In this document: positions 1 to 8,974 of the stretch, piece after piece | Layout: each line of letters starts with the position of its first letter | How positions within the stretch are numbered: the stretch's first letter is position 1 | The notes under the pieces: model-generated | Told to the model about the DNA's origin: nothing | Databases searched by the model: none | Seen by the model: only the letters and a program-made list of their open reading frames with translations | Translations under genes and position numbers: made by a program | From: Elusimicrobiota bacterium | Lineage (GTDB): Bacteria; Elusimicrobiota; Elusimicrobia; UBA1565 | Reading direction: 5' to 3' | Length of the DNA: 40,935 bases | Assembly (NCBI GenBank): GCA_043819795.1 | Contig: JBDREN010000107.1 | Coordinates: 1 to 40,935 of the forward strand

Positions 1-129
1 ATTAAACTAATTAAACTTTGAGTTCGTGCGCGCGTTTCGGGTTTGTCCGTCCAATGGGCTAAAGATCCCCGGTTATTCCGGCCTCCGATCAAAAAGTTTA
101 ATAAGTTTCATAAGTTGCAGCCTGACACC
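1..129. repeat. REPIN-like palindromic element, left arm cut by the window edge
   Basis: 91-129 AAAAAGTTTAATAAGTTTCATAAGTTGCAGCCTGACACC resembles the right arm of the element at 12650-12679. Bases 1-19 are roughly its reverse complement. Confidence 0.65.
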
Positions 130-153
130 GCACTTTGGTAACATAATCCCACT

Positions 154-348
154 ATGGCGCGACGCTGCGTGATTTGCTCGAAGGGACCTGTCGCCGGGAA
201 CAGCTACAGCCATTCCCATAAGGCTACCAAGCGCGTATTCCAGCCCAACGTGCAGAAGCAGAAGATCGTCCTCAACGGCCAGACCGTTTCGGCGTATGTC
301 TGCACCCGCTGCATCAGGTCCGGAAAGGCCGTTCGCCCCACTCACTAA
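154..348 (+). CDS. rpmB: 50S ribosomal protein L28
   Basis: MARRCVICSKGP..GN..SHSH..TKRVF.PNVQ..VCTRCIRSG is the typical Zn-binding L28 pattern. Confidence 0.97.
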   Translation: MARRCVICSKGPVAGNSYSHSHKATKRVFQPNVQKQKIVLNGQTVSAYVCTRCIRSGKAVRPTH

Positions 349-359
349 GGCCGGCGTTC

Positions 360-2060
360 ATGGGCCGAAAGGCGGCTGACGCCCTGGCGGTGCTCTGCCT
401 CGCCGGAGCGGCGGGGGTCTTTTGTCTGCCGATCGCCAACCCGGACATCTTCTGGCATCTGAGCGCGGGCCGGTGGATGCTCGATCATCTCGCCTTTCCC
501 CGCGCGGACTGGCTTTCCCACACGATGGCCGGCGCGCCCTGGGCGGATTTCGAATGGCTGGTGCAGCTCCTCTGGGTCGGGGTGTCGCGGGCCGCGGGGG
601 AGACGGGGCTGTGGGCGCTCAAGGTACTGGTCTTCCTCGCCGCGGGCGGGATCCTCTGGAGGACGCTCGGCCTCTACGGGGCCGGGCGGGCGCCGCGGGC
701 GCTGGGGATCTTCATCTGGGCGATCGCGGGGGCCTCGGCCAACGACCTGCGCCCCGAGAACTTCTCGCTGCTCTTCTTCCTGGGCTTGTGGCATTGGCTC
801 GAGGCACGGCGCCTCGCGGGCTCGAGCCCGGCGGCGGGCGCCGCCTTCCGGAAGCGGGCCGCGGCGCTGGCCGCGCTCTTCGCTCTGTGGGCCAACCTCC
901 ACGCCGGGTTCCTCTACGGGCTGATCCTTCTGGCGATCTTCGCGGCGGTCGACGCGTTCCGCCGCCGGTCCTGGGAGCTGGCCGCTTTGGGCGCGGCGGC
1001 GGCCGCCGCCGCCTTGGCCAACCCCTATGGGGTCCACGTCTACCTCGTTCCTTGGGAGCACTTGACGGCGATCGGGGACCTGACCGAGTACATCCGGGAG
1101 TGGCAGGAGGCCTCCATACTGCAGCGGTGGCTCTGGCCCTTCTGGACGGTCCTCGCGGCCGCCTACGCCGCGGTGCTGTGGCGCTACTCGCGGCACCGGG
1201 ACGTCCCGTTCGAGCATGTCGCTGCGCTCGCCGTCTTCAGCCTCTCGGCCACGGGGCACATCAGGACGGCCGTCTACTTCGTCTCCGTGGCGGTCCCCAT
1301 CATCGCGGCCGCCGCCGGCAGCTTCGGGCTCGCCGAGCGGCGGCCCCGCGCCCACCGGGCGCTCGTGGCCGCCGGCGCCGCGGCCGCCTCGGCGTTCTTC
1401 CTCTTCAGGTTCCTGGTCCCGCTCTCGCGTCTCGAGGCGTTCTCGAACGTCTACGTCCCGGTCCGGACGGCCCGCTTCCTGGCCGAGCAGCGCGAGACGC
1501 TCGGCGGACGCCCGCTGTTCAACCCGTGGCACTGGGGCGGCTATCTCGGCTATCGCCTGTTCCCGGACTATCGCGTGTTCGTGGACGGCCGCTACATCTT
1601 CCATCCGCTGCTGCGCCCGATCTTCGAGGCGGCGCGCGCGCCGGAGAGCTACCGGGCCCTCATGGACCGCTTCGGCATCGAGGTCGCCGTGGTCCAGCGC
1701 ACCGGGCAGTTCCTGCGCGTGCCGGTGGATCTCAGGGACGGCGGGGCGGAGCAGCTGATGCGGCCGTATTTCCTGTTCTTCCTTCCGAGGAAGGACTGGG
1801 CCCTTGTTCATTGGGACGACCAGGGACTGGTGTTCGTCCGGCGCTCGGCCTTCGGCGAGGAGTGGCTGAGCGCCCATGAGTACCGCTACTTTCGACCCGA
1901 CGATCTCACGGCCGCCTATCTGATGGTCCGGGAGGGTTTCGCGGCCTACGAGGCCGTGGCCGGCGAGGTCGAGCGCTACATCGCGGGGGCGGGCGAGGCG
2001 GGGGAGGCGCGCGCCGCGCGCCAGTGGCTCGAGAGCGTGGCCAAGGCGGCGGGCCGGTGA
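360..2060 (+). CDS. Polytopic membrane protein, probable GT-C-fold glycosyltransferase-like
   Basis: About 10 hydrophobic segments. Motifs D-I-F-W-H-L-x-A-G, W-x-D-F-E-W-L, WANLH and F-V-D-G-R in a C-terminal soluble domain. Confidence 0.75.
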   Translation: MGRKAADALAVLCLAGAAGVFCLPIANPDIFWHLSAGRWMLDHLAFPRADWLSHTMAGAPWADFEWLVQLLWVGVSRAAGETGLWALKVLVFLAAGGILWRTLGLYGAGRAPRALGIFIWAIAGASANDLRPENFSLLFFLGLWHWLEARRLAGSSPAAGAAFRKRAAALAALFALWANLHAGFLYGLILLAIFAAVDAFRRRSWELAALGAAAAAAALANPYGVHVYLVPWEHLTAIGDLTEYIREWQEASILQRWLWPFWTVLAAAYAAVLWRYSRHRDVPFEHVAALAVFSLSATGHIRTAVYFVSVAVPIIAAAAGSFGLAERRPRAHRALVAAGAAAASAFFLFRFLVPLSRLEAFSNVYVPVRTARFLAEQRETLGGRPLFNPWHWGGYLGYRLFPDYRVFVDGRYIFHPLLRPIFEAARAPESYRALMDRFGIEVAVVQRTGQFLRVPVDLRDGGAEQLMRPYFLFFLPRKDWALVHWDDQGLVFVRRSAFGEEWLSAHEYRYFRPDDLTAAYLMVREGFAAYEAVAGEVERYIAGAGEAGEARAARQWLESVAKAAGR

Positions 2061-3733
2061 TGAGGAAAAGCGAAGAGCGGGCGTGGCTCACGGCGGCGGC
2101 GCTGGCCGCTGCTCCGGCGTTTCTTCTGCCGATCGGGGATCCCGACCTCTGGTGGCACCTGAGCGCGGGGCGCTGGATGCTCGAGCACCTGGCTTGGCCG
2201 GGGACCGAGACCCTGTCCTACACTCGCGCCGGCGTCCCATGGGTCGACTTCGAATGGCTCTCGCAGCTGGCCTTTAGCGGCGTTCACGCCGCGACCGGGC
2301 TGGCCGGCCTCTGGGTCCTTAAGGTCCTGCTGCTCGCGGCGGCGGGGGCGGGCGTCCATTCGCTGGCGGCGCGGACGCGCATCGCCGTGCCGTATCGCGC
2401 GCTCGCCTTGGCGCTCTGGGCGGTCGCGGTCATCCCGCGCGCCGACATCCGGACCGAGCTGTTCTCAATGGCCGCGTTCGCCTGGCTGCTGCGCTTTCTG
2501 GAGGAAGTACGGGAGCGCGGCGCCTCCGGGGACCGGACGGCGCGGAGTCCCACCGCGCTCTGCGTGGGGGGCTTCGTATTCTTCGCGTTGTGGGCGAACC
2601 TCCACGCGGCTTTCGCCTACGGGTTGCTGCTGCTGGGGCTCTATGCCGCCGGGGAGACCCTCGAAGGGAGAGGGAGAACGCTTTGGGCCTGTTTCGGCGC
2701 GGGCGCCGCCGGGACGCTCGTCAACCCGTACGGCCTTCGCCTTCACGCCGTGCTCTGGAGCCACTTCCGGGAGGCCGGCGGGCTGCGGGACTACATCCTC
2801 GAGTGGGGACCGCTCAGCCTTGGCCGAATGGGCCACTGGCCCACGTGGCTGCTCATGCTGGGGGCGGTCTGCCTGGCGCTATGGGCTTATCGCGCCCGGG
2901 CGTGCCGCATTCCGGTGGTCCATGTCGCCGCGCTGGGGGTCTTCGGCGTCGCGGCGTTCCGGCACGCGCGGGTGGGCGCCTTTTTCTGCACGCTCGCGGT
3001 CCCATATCTCCTTGAGTTGGCGGCTCGCGCGGGAGCCGCAGGGAAGGCGTGCGCCGCGGACCAGGCCGCCCGTCGCGCGCGATGGGCCGGAGCGGCCGGG
3101 CTCGCCGCGTGCGCGGCGTTCGGCTTGTGGATCGGCCAGGAGACCGGGGTGTTCCGCAAGGTGTTCCACGATCTCTTCATCCCGGTCCGGGCGGCGGTCT
3201 ACTTGGAGCGCAGTCCGGAGCTGGGCCGGCTGCGCCTCTACCATCCCTGGGGATGGGGGGGCTTTCTGGGCTATCGCTCGCCGACGCGAAAGATCTTCCA
3301 GGACGGGCGCTACGTCTTCCACAGCCTGTTGAGGGAAGCCGGAGAGGCCATCCGCTCGCCCGAAGCCTGGGAGGAGTTCCTCGCTCACCACGGGGTCGAG
3401 GCGGTCCTCCTGGAGAACGTGCCGCTCATGCTGGACACGACCCGCCGCTATCCCGATGGAACCGAGAGGCCGATGCGCCGGCCGTACTATCTCCGCTATA
3501 TGCCTCGCGAGCGCTGGGCCCTGGTCTACTTCGACGACCGGGCCCTGCTCTTCGTGCGGCGCGGGGCCCTCGCCGCCGGGCGGCTGGCGGCGCTGGAGTA
3601 CCGCCTGGCGCGTCCCCGCGACGACGAGGCGCTCGGCGACGCGTTGCGGCGCGGCGAGATCGACGAGGAGCTGCTCGAGACCGAGCGCGCGCGGCACCGG
3701 GCCGAGCTAAAGAGCCTGCCGGCGTCGCTCTAG
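2060..3733 (+). CDS. Paralogous polytopic membrane protein (GT-C-like)
   Basis: Same motifs (DLWWHLSAG, WVDFEWL, WANLH, FQDGRY). The ATG at 2060 overlaps the upstream TGA (TGATG). Confidence 0.75.
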   Translation: MRKSEERAWLTAAALAAAPAFLLPIGDPDLWWHLSAGRWMLEHLAWPGTETLSYTRAGVPWVDFEWLSQLAFSGVHAATGLAGLWVLKVLLLAAAGAGVHSLAARTRIAVPYRALALALWAVAVIPRADIRTELFSMAAFAWLLRFLEEVRERGASGDRTARSPTALCVGGFVFFALWANLHAAFAYGLLLLGLYAAGETLEGRGRTLWACFGAGAAGTLVNPYGLRLHAVLWSHFREAGGLRDYILEWGPLSLGRMGHWPTWLLMLGAVCLALWAYRARACRIPVVHVAALGVFGVAAFRHARVGAFFCTLAVPYLLELAARAGAAGKACAADQAARRARWAGAAGLAACAAFGLWIGQETGVFRKVFHDLFIPVRAAVYLERSPELGRLRLYHPWGWGGFLGYRSPTRKIFQDGRYVFHSLLREAGEAIRSPEAWEEFLAHHGVEAVLLENVPLMLDTTRRYPDGTERPMRRPYYLRYMPRERWALVYFDDRALLFVRRGALAAGRLAALEYRLARPRDDEALGDALRRGEIDEELLETERARHRAELKSLPASL

Positions 3734-4042
3734 GAGTGTGAGCAATTAGTGGCGTGCCCCTGCGAGTCCGGAGCCTGGCCGAGTTCGAGGCGCGACGAGC
3801 GAAGATAGCAGCGCTATCTGAGCGAGGAGCAACGAAGAAATCGGCCAGGCTCCGGACTCCGACCTCAAGAGGATTTTCGCCGGCAAAACCGGCGAAAATC
3901 CAAAAGGAGCGGCCGCGCGCTTTCGGGCTGCGCCTGCGTCGCTCGGCGCTCACATCCCTACGGGTATGCTCGCTTCTCGCTCCTTGGCTCGCTCCGAAAG
4001 CGCGCGGCGCAGGGGTACGCCACTAATTGCTCACACCCCTAG
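3730..4042. mobile_element. Non-autonomous miniature inverted-repeat element (MITE), 313 bp
   Basis: 35-bp terminal inverted repeats (3730-3764 / 4008-4042, 2 mismatches), with CTAG at both outer ends. Three internal hairpins and no transposase. Confidence 0.85.
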
Positions 4043-4071
4043 CCCCGCGCGCGGACGCTCCGGGCATCGCG

Positions 4072-4125
4072 GGACGGCCGGATTCCGGACCGGCCCATCC
4101 AGGTTCGAATCCTAGTCGGGCAGCA
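4072..4125 (+). pseudogene. Degenerate 3' half of a tRNA (Gln-like)
   Basis: CCAGGTTCGAATCCTAG T-arm followed by TCGGGCAGCA acceptor 3' strand, with a GCCGG/CCGGC anticodon-like stem. No matching 5' acceptor strand (TGCCCGA) or D-arm. Confidence 0.55.
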
Positions 4126-4147
4126 TCTTTGACGCTAGACGAAACTG

Positions 4148-4170
4148 GCCCTCCGAGAGGAGGGCTTCTC
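4148..4170 (+). terminator. Hairpin, possible intrinsic terminator
   Basis: GCCCTCC-GAGA-GGAGGGC followed by TTCTC (weak U-tract). Confidence 0.45.
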
Positions 4171-4213
4171 ATTTCGCGGGAACCAAACAGGCCCCTCGAT
4201 CGTATGCACAGGC

Positions 4214-4723
4214 ATGGGAGAAGAGCTCTCCACCGGAAGCCTCGCCCGCCGGATATTCATGATTCGCGGTCGGCGGATCATGCTGGGCGTCGACCTGGCC
4301 GTCCTCTATGGAGTCGAAACCAGGGCTCTCAATCAGGCCGTACGCCGGAACATCGATCGATTTCCCGATGATTTCATGTTCAAGTTGACACGCGAAGAAA
4401 TCAGGAACATATCACAGATCGTGATATGTTCGAAAAGCCGCACGAAAATAAAGCACTCTCCGAGCATCCTGGCTTTCACTGAGCATGGGGTAGCGATGCT
4501 GTCCAGCGTGCTTCGCGGCCCCAAGGCGGTTCAAGTGAACATTCAGATCATGCGCACATTCGGCAAATTGCGCGAAATCATCGCAGCCGACAAGGACTTG
4601 GCCAGGCGTCTCGATTCCCTGGAGAAGAAATACGACGCACAATTCAAGGTCGTCTTCGACGCTATCCGAGAGTTGACCACGCCCGCCCCCATCCCTCGAA
4701 AGAGAATCGGCTTCGATCGATAG
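4214..4723 (+). CDS. ORF6N domain DNA-binding protein
   Basis: IRGRRIML..DLAVLYGVETRALNQAVRRN..RFPDDFMFKLT, AFTEHGVAMLSSVL and C-terminal RKRIGF are characteristic of the ORF6N family. Confidence 0.9.
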   Translation: MGEELSTGSLARRIFMIRGRRIMLGVDLAVLYGVETRALNQAVRRNIDRFPDDFMFKLTREEIRNISQIVICSKSRTKIKHSPSILAFTEHGVAMLSSVLRGPKAVQVNIQIMRTFGKLREIIAADKDLARRLDSLEKKYDAQFKVVFDAIRELTTPAPIPRKRIGFDR

Positions 4724-4861
4724 TCGGGGTCAAGCCCGGTTCTGATAACGTCCTATTCGGGTTGTGGACAACCGGCCAGAACCGCGATATTTTGCACTTC
4801 TGGGCCGTTTTCGGCCCCCGCCCAAGTTCTAATACTGCCAACGACGGGCAGCCGGCTTTTC

Positions 4862-4887
4862 GAGCCCTTCGCGAGGAGGGTTCTTTT
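4862..4887 (+). terminator. Intrinsic terminator
   Basis: GAGCCCTTC-GCGA-GGAGGGTTC followed by TTTT. Confidence 0.6.
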
Positions 4888-4888
4888 A

Positions 4889-4894
4889 TATACT
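4889..4894 (+). promoter_or_regulatory. -10 box (TATACT) of a probable leaderless transcript
   Basis: TATACT lies 6 nt before the ATG at 4901, leaving no room for a Shine-Dalgarno. Confidence 0.55.
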
Positions 4895-4900
4895 AGCACC

Positions 4901-6259
4901 ATGCATTTTACCTACCGCGTCATTTCCCTGTCTCTGGTCGCGGCGCTTGCGGGCTGCCTCGCCTCCGACGAAACGTCCCGAGGTCCCGCCGGAGCGGCCG
5001 GCGCGTTCCAAAAACGCGCCGCGGCGGTCGACTTCACCGTCCCCCTCGAGCTCGACGTCTGCATGTTTCAAACACAGCGCCCCAAGAGCGTGGGCTGGCA
5101 GACACCCCGCTTCCTCGGGATCTTCGTGGAGCAATTCGAGTCCCGCGACAGGCATATCGCGCCCTTCCGCTCCTACCGCGAGGTAAAGTCGCTCGAGGAT
5201 TCCGCGACCATCGCGGAGGCCGACTGCGATATCGTAGTGGAGATCGGCGCCATCGGCAAAAAGCGGGGCGTGTGGACATACTCGGCGCGCACGAAAGAAC
5301 AGCTCTTCAAGATCGCCGTCTCCCATGTAATCTTCCCCAAGCTCGATGCGGTACCCCTGCGCAAGGCGGTGTACAGCGAGTTCAGAACGAATCCCGAGCT
5401 TTTCAACCGAATCCTAGCCGAACGCGGCCGGGCGACCCCGCAGCCGGCGGCCGCCGCCGCGCCGGCCGCCGCCGTCAAAATCCATTCGGATATCGACACG
5501 CCCGGCTACCGCATGAAGGAGCGGCCCCATGATTTCGCCGTCGTCATCAGGATCGACGGCTACAAAGATCTTCCAAGCGCGCAGTTCGCCGAGCGCGACG
5601 CCGAGACGATGCGCGCCCACCTTCTCGCCATGGGCTTGCCCAAACGCCACGTGGTCCTCCTTAAGGGCAAGCAGGCCACCGGCAACGGCATGCGCAAGTA
5701 CCTGGACGAATGGCTCCCGCGAAACGTCAGCCCGGACTCCAACGTCTTCTTCTATTACTCCGGCCACGGCGCGCCCGATACCCGCAACGGCAAGGCCTAC
5801 CTCGTGCCGTGGGACGGGGACGCGCAGTTTCTCAAATCCACGGCCTATCCGGTTGAGAAGCTCTACGCTTCCTTGAATCAACTCAAGGCAAAGCGGGTCG
5901 TTATCGCGCTCGACGCCTGTTTTTCGGGCGCCGGGGGACGCTCGGTCCTCGCCAAAGGCGCCCGTCCGCTCGTCCTCAAGATCGACGAAGGCGTCGTCCC
6001 GAAAGGCAAGCTCGTCCTATTCACCGCGGCGGCCGGCGGCGAGATCACGTCCGCTCTCGAGCAGGAAGGCCACGGGATCTTCACCTATTTCTTCCTCAAG
6101 GGCTTGCAGGGCGCCGCCAAGGACGCCGCCGGCAGGATCACAGCCAAAAGCCTTTACGACTACCTGAAGCCCAAGGTTCAGGACGAAGCTCGGCTCCAGA
6201 ACCGCGAGCAGACCCCGACGGCCCAGTACCGATCGGACGTCGTCCTGCGAGGCGACTGA
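4901..6259 (+). CDS. Lipoprotein with C-terminal caspase-family (peptidase C14) domain; N-terminal domain unrecognised
   Basis: Lipobox LAGC, Ala/Pro linker, catalytic dyad motifs YYSGHG and LDACFSG, and QTP near the C-terminus. Confidence 0.88.
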   Translation: MHFTYRVISLSLVAALAGCLASDETSRGPAGAAGAFQKRAAAVDFTVPLELDVCMFQTQRPKSVGWQTPRFLGIFVEQFESRDRHIAPFRSYREVKSLEDSATIAEADCDIVVEIGAIGKKRGVWTYSARTKEQLFKIAVSHVIFPKLDAVPLRKAVYSEFRTNPELFNRILAERGRATPQPAAAAAPAAAVKIHSDIDTPGYRMKERPHDFAVVIRIDGYKDLPSAQFAERDAETMRAHLLAMGLPKRHVVLLKGKQATGNGMRKYLDEWLPRNVSPDSNVFFYYSGHGAPDTRNGKAYLVPWDGDAQFLKSTAYPVEKLYASLNQLKAKRVVIALDACFSGAGGRSVLAKGARPLVLKIDEGVVPKGKLVLFTAAAGGEITSALEQEGHGIFTYFFLKGLQGAAKDAAGRITAKSLYDYLKPKVQDEARLQNREQTPTAQYRSDVVLRGD

Positions 6260-6261
6260 GC

Positions 6262-7566
6262 ATGCCGCGAGCGCTACTCCCCGCCGTTCTCTTGTTTTCC
6301 TTCAGCGTCTGCGTCGCCGCCCCGAAGGGCTCTCCAGAGCGTCTCATTGATCCCCACGACAACAAACGGTCGGCGGCCCCGCCGCCCGGGAAGGGAGTCA
6401 TCTATGTTATCCGTAAGCCCCGATTCTCCCAGAGGGGGGCGAAATTCAACGTCTTCCTTGACGGAAGGAAAGCCGGTTATCTCACAAACCGGTCCTATCT
6501 CAATTTCGAGGTCGAGCCCGGGGAGCATAAAGTAAAAGTCACCCATCCGAGCGCCAAGGTCGTGGACGTGGGCAGGGCCGCCTTCCAGGTAAAGGAGGGG
6601 ATGTCGTACTTCCTGATGGCCAGATACGAGATGTCCGCCTTCAGCGCGGGAGTCAACGCCAAGGTGATCGATGAGGCTGAAGCGCGGGCCATGATCGCAA
6701 AATCGAATTTTGGGATATTCATGGCCCCGCCGCGGCGCGCCTCCTCCGTGCCGGCCGGCGGACCCCTGCCCGCTGCCGCCGGCAAGATCCATTCAGATAT
6801 CGACACGCCCGGCTACCGATCGCCGGAGCGGCCCGATGATTTCGCCGTCGTTATCGGCATCGATGGCTATGAGGGACTCCCCAGGGCGCGGTTCGCCGAG
6901 CGCGACGCGGAGACAATGCGCGGCCATCTTCTCGCCATGGGCTATCCCAAGCGTCACGTCATCCTGCTTAAGGGTGAAAACGCCACCGGCAACGGGATAC
7001 GCAAATACCTGGAAGAGTGGCTGCCGCGAAACGTCAAGCCGACATCCGACGTCTTCTTCTACTATTCGGGCCACGGCGCGCCCGACACCCGCAGCGGCAA
7101 GGCCTACCTCGTGCCGTGGGACGGGGACGCCTCTTTCCTCAAGTCCACCGCTTATCCGGTCGAGGAGCTCTACGCTTCGCTGAACAAGCTTCGGGCCAGG
7201 CGGGTCGTCGTCGCGCTGGACGCTTGCTTCTCAGGAGCCGGAGGACGATCGGTTCTCGCGAAGGGGGCCCGTCCGCTGGTCCTCAAGGTCGATGAAGGGG
7301 TCCTCCCCAAAGGCAAGCTCGTCTTATTCACGGCTGCGTCCAGCGATGAGATCACGGCCACGCTTGAAGACGAAGGCCACGGCGTCTTCACCTATTTCTT
7401 CATCAAGGGCTTGCAGGGCGCGGCGAAAAACGCCGCGGGCCAAATCACGGCCAAGAGCCTCTACCGGTACATCAAGCCCAAGGTCCAGGACGAAGCCCGC
7501 CTCCAGAACCGCGAACAGACGCCGACGCTGCACACGGCCGGGGACATCGTCATCCGACGCCGCTGA
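6262..7566 (+). CDS. Exported DUF2846-like + caspase-family (C14) protein
   Basis: Hydrophobic signal peptide with an atypical FSVC. GKGVIYVIR..VFLDG..GYL..SYL.FEVEPGEH resembles DUF2846. YYSGHG / LDACFSG dyad. Confidence 0.85.
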   Translation: MPRALLPAVLLFSFSVCVAAPKGSPERLIDPHDNKRSAAPPPGKGVIYVIRKPRFSQRGAKFNVFLDGRKAGYLTNRSYLNFEVEPGEHKVKVTHPSAKVVDVGRAAFQVKEGMSYFLMARYEMSAFSAGVNAKVIDEAEARAMIAKSNFGIFMAPPRRASSVPAGGPLPAAAGKIHSDIDTPGYRSPERPDDFAVVIGIDGYEGLPRARFAERDAETMRGHLLAMGYPKRHVILLKGENATGNGIRKYLEEWLPRNVKPTSDVFFYYSGHGAPDTRSGKAYLVPWDGDASFLKSTAYPVEELYASLNKLRARRVVVALDACFSGAGGRSVLAKGARPLVLKVDEGVLPKGKLVLFTAASSDEITATLEDEGHGVFTYFFIKGLQGAAKNAAGQITAKSLYRYIKPKVQDEARLQNREQTPTLHTAGDIVIRRR

Positions 7567-7606
7567 GCTCGGGGATCATCCCATTCTGCTGTAATATGGT
7601 GAAACC

Positions 7607-8899
7607 ATGACTCGCAGAATCCTCCCCCTCCTGATGCTGCTCCCCCTGACCGGCTGTGTCGCCAGGCCGTTGGTCAGGGCGGTCAAGAAGGGAGATATCC
7701 ATGGGGTCCGGACTCTGGTCGAGAGCGGCGCGGATGTGAACGAAGAGGGCGGGTGGTTCAGCAGCTCCCTCAATGATGTCATCGGTCAAACGGCGCTGGA
7801 GCATGCCGCCCGTCATGGAGAGCTGGAGATCGCGAAGTTGTTGATCCGGCATGGCGCCGATGTAAACCACGGGAGCGGCGAGTGGACCCCGCTCTTTTTA
7901 GCGGTGGAATCCGGGCAGCCGGAGATGGTGCGCCTCCTCCTTGAAAACGGCGCGAATATCTACAGGAGGGTCGTCGAGCGGGCGAAAGCGCTCGACTATC
8001 CCGCCATCAGCCGCCTTCTCGATCCCGATTTCTCAGCGTCGCGACCGTCCGCGCCCGCCCCCGCTCCGGCCGCCGAGACCGCGCGGCCCCCGGCCGTTCC
8101 GGCGCATGCCGCGAGAGCGATCCGTTCGGACGTCGACAGGCCCGGCTACCGGTCGCGGGAGCGGCCGGACGACTTCGCCCTGGTCATCGGCATCGAGGAC
8201 TACTCAGACCTGCCCGACGCCAAGTTCGCCGGCCGGGACGCCGAAGCGGTCGTCGCCCACATGCGGGCCCTCGGCATCCCGCGGCGCAATATCATCCACC
8301 TCACCGGGACCAAGGCCATCTCCTCCTCGCTCAAGAAGTACCTGGAATCCTGGTTGCCGCGGAACGTCAAGCCGACCAGTCGAGTCTTCGTCTATTTCTC
8401 GGGCCACGGCGCGCCCGAGCTCAAGACTGGCGAGGCTTATTTGGTGCCTTGGGACGGCGACCCGAATTTTCTCTCCGACACGGCCTACCCCGTCAAGCGG
8501 CTCTACGGCGACCTCGCCAAGCTCAAGGCCAAGCAGGTCGTCGTCGCCTTGGACGCCTGCTTCTCGGGAGCGGGGGGGCGATCCGTGCTGGCGGAGGGGA
8601 TGCGCCCATTGGTTATGAAGGTGAACCTCGCCAAAGGGCCCGGCGGCAAGATTGCTTTGTTCACCGCGGCCGCGAGCAATGAGGTCACTTCGACGCTTAA
8701 AGACAAGGGCCACGGGATGTTCACCTACTTCTTCCTCAAAGGGCTCAACGGCGAGGCGAAAGACGGCCAAGGCCGCGTCACCGCGAAGAGCCTTTACGAC
8801 TACCTCAAGCCCCGGGTCCAGGACGAGGCCCGGCGGCAGAACCGGGAGCAGACGCCGGCGCTGCACGCCGCGTCGGATGTCGTGCTCCGCGCAGACTGA
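7607..8899 (+). CDS. Lipoprotein with ankyrin repeats + caspase-family (C14) domain
   Basis: Lipobox LTGC. Ankyrin repeats GQTALEHAARHGELEIAKLLIRHGADVN and WTPLFLAVESG..EMVRLLLENGAN. YFSGHG / LDACFSG dyad. Confidence 0.9.
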   Translation: MTRRILPLLMLLPLTGCVARPLVRAVKKGDIHGVRTLVESGADVNEEGGWFSSSLNDVIGQTALEHAARHGELEIAKLLIRHGADVNHGSGEWTPLFLAVESGQPEMVRLLLENGANIYRRVVERAKALDYPAISRLLDPDFSASRPSAPAPAPAAETARPPAVPAHAARAIRSDVDRPGYRSRERPDDFALVIGIEDYSDLPDAKFAGRDAEAVVAHMRALGIPRRNIIHLTGTKAISSSLKKYLESWLPRNVKPTSRVFVYFSGHGAPELKTGEAYLVPWDGDPNFLSDTAYPVKRLYGDLAKLKAKQVVVALDACFSGAGGRSVLAEGMRPLVMKVNLAKGPGGKIALFTAAASNEVTSTLKDKGHGMFTYFFLKGLNGEAKDGQGRVTAKSLYDYLKPRVQDEARRQNREQTPALHAASDVVLRAD

Positions 8900-8935
8900 G
8901 TCCGAGAATCGTCGGCGACCGCCAGCCAATTCTTC

Positions 8936-8960
8936 AGCCCTCGCAAGCCGGAGGGCTTTT
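8936..8960 (+). terminator. Intrinsic terminator
   Basis: AGCCCTC-8nt-GAGGGCT followed by TTT. Confidence 0.55.
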
Positions 8961-8962
8961 AA

Positions 8963-8968
8963 TATAAT
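8963..8968 (+). promoter_or_regulatory. -10 box (TATAAT) of a probable leaderless transcript
   Basis: Perfect TATAAT 6 nt before the ATG at 8975. Confidence 0.6.
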
Positions 8969-8974
8969 GGGCCT

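Noticed and set aside
3754..4026. 90-aa ORF inside the MITE as a possible transposase
   Set aside because: Too short, no DDE or HUH motif, and its composition reflects the hairpins.
4214..4723. Prophage suggested by ORF6N
   Set aside because: No integrase, structural or replication genes nearby. ORF6N genes often occur alone.
4763..4771. DnaA-box-like TGTGGACAA
   Set aside because: A single mismatched copy with no origin context.
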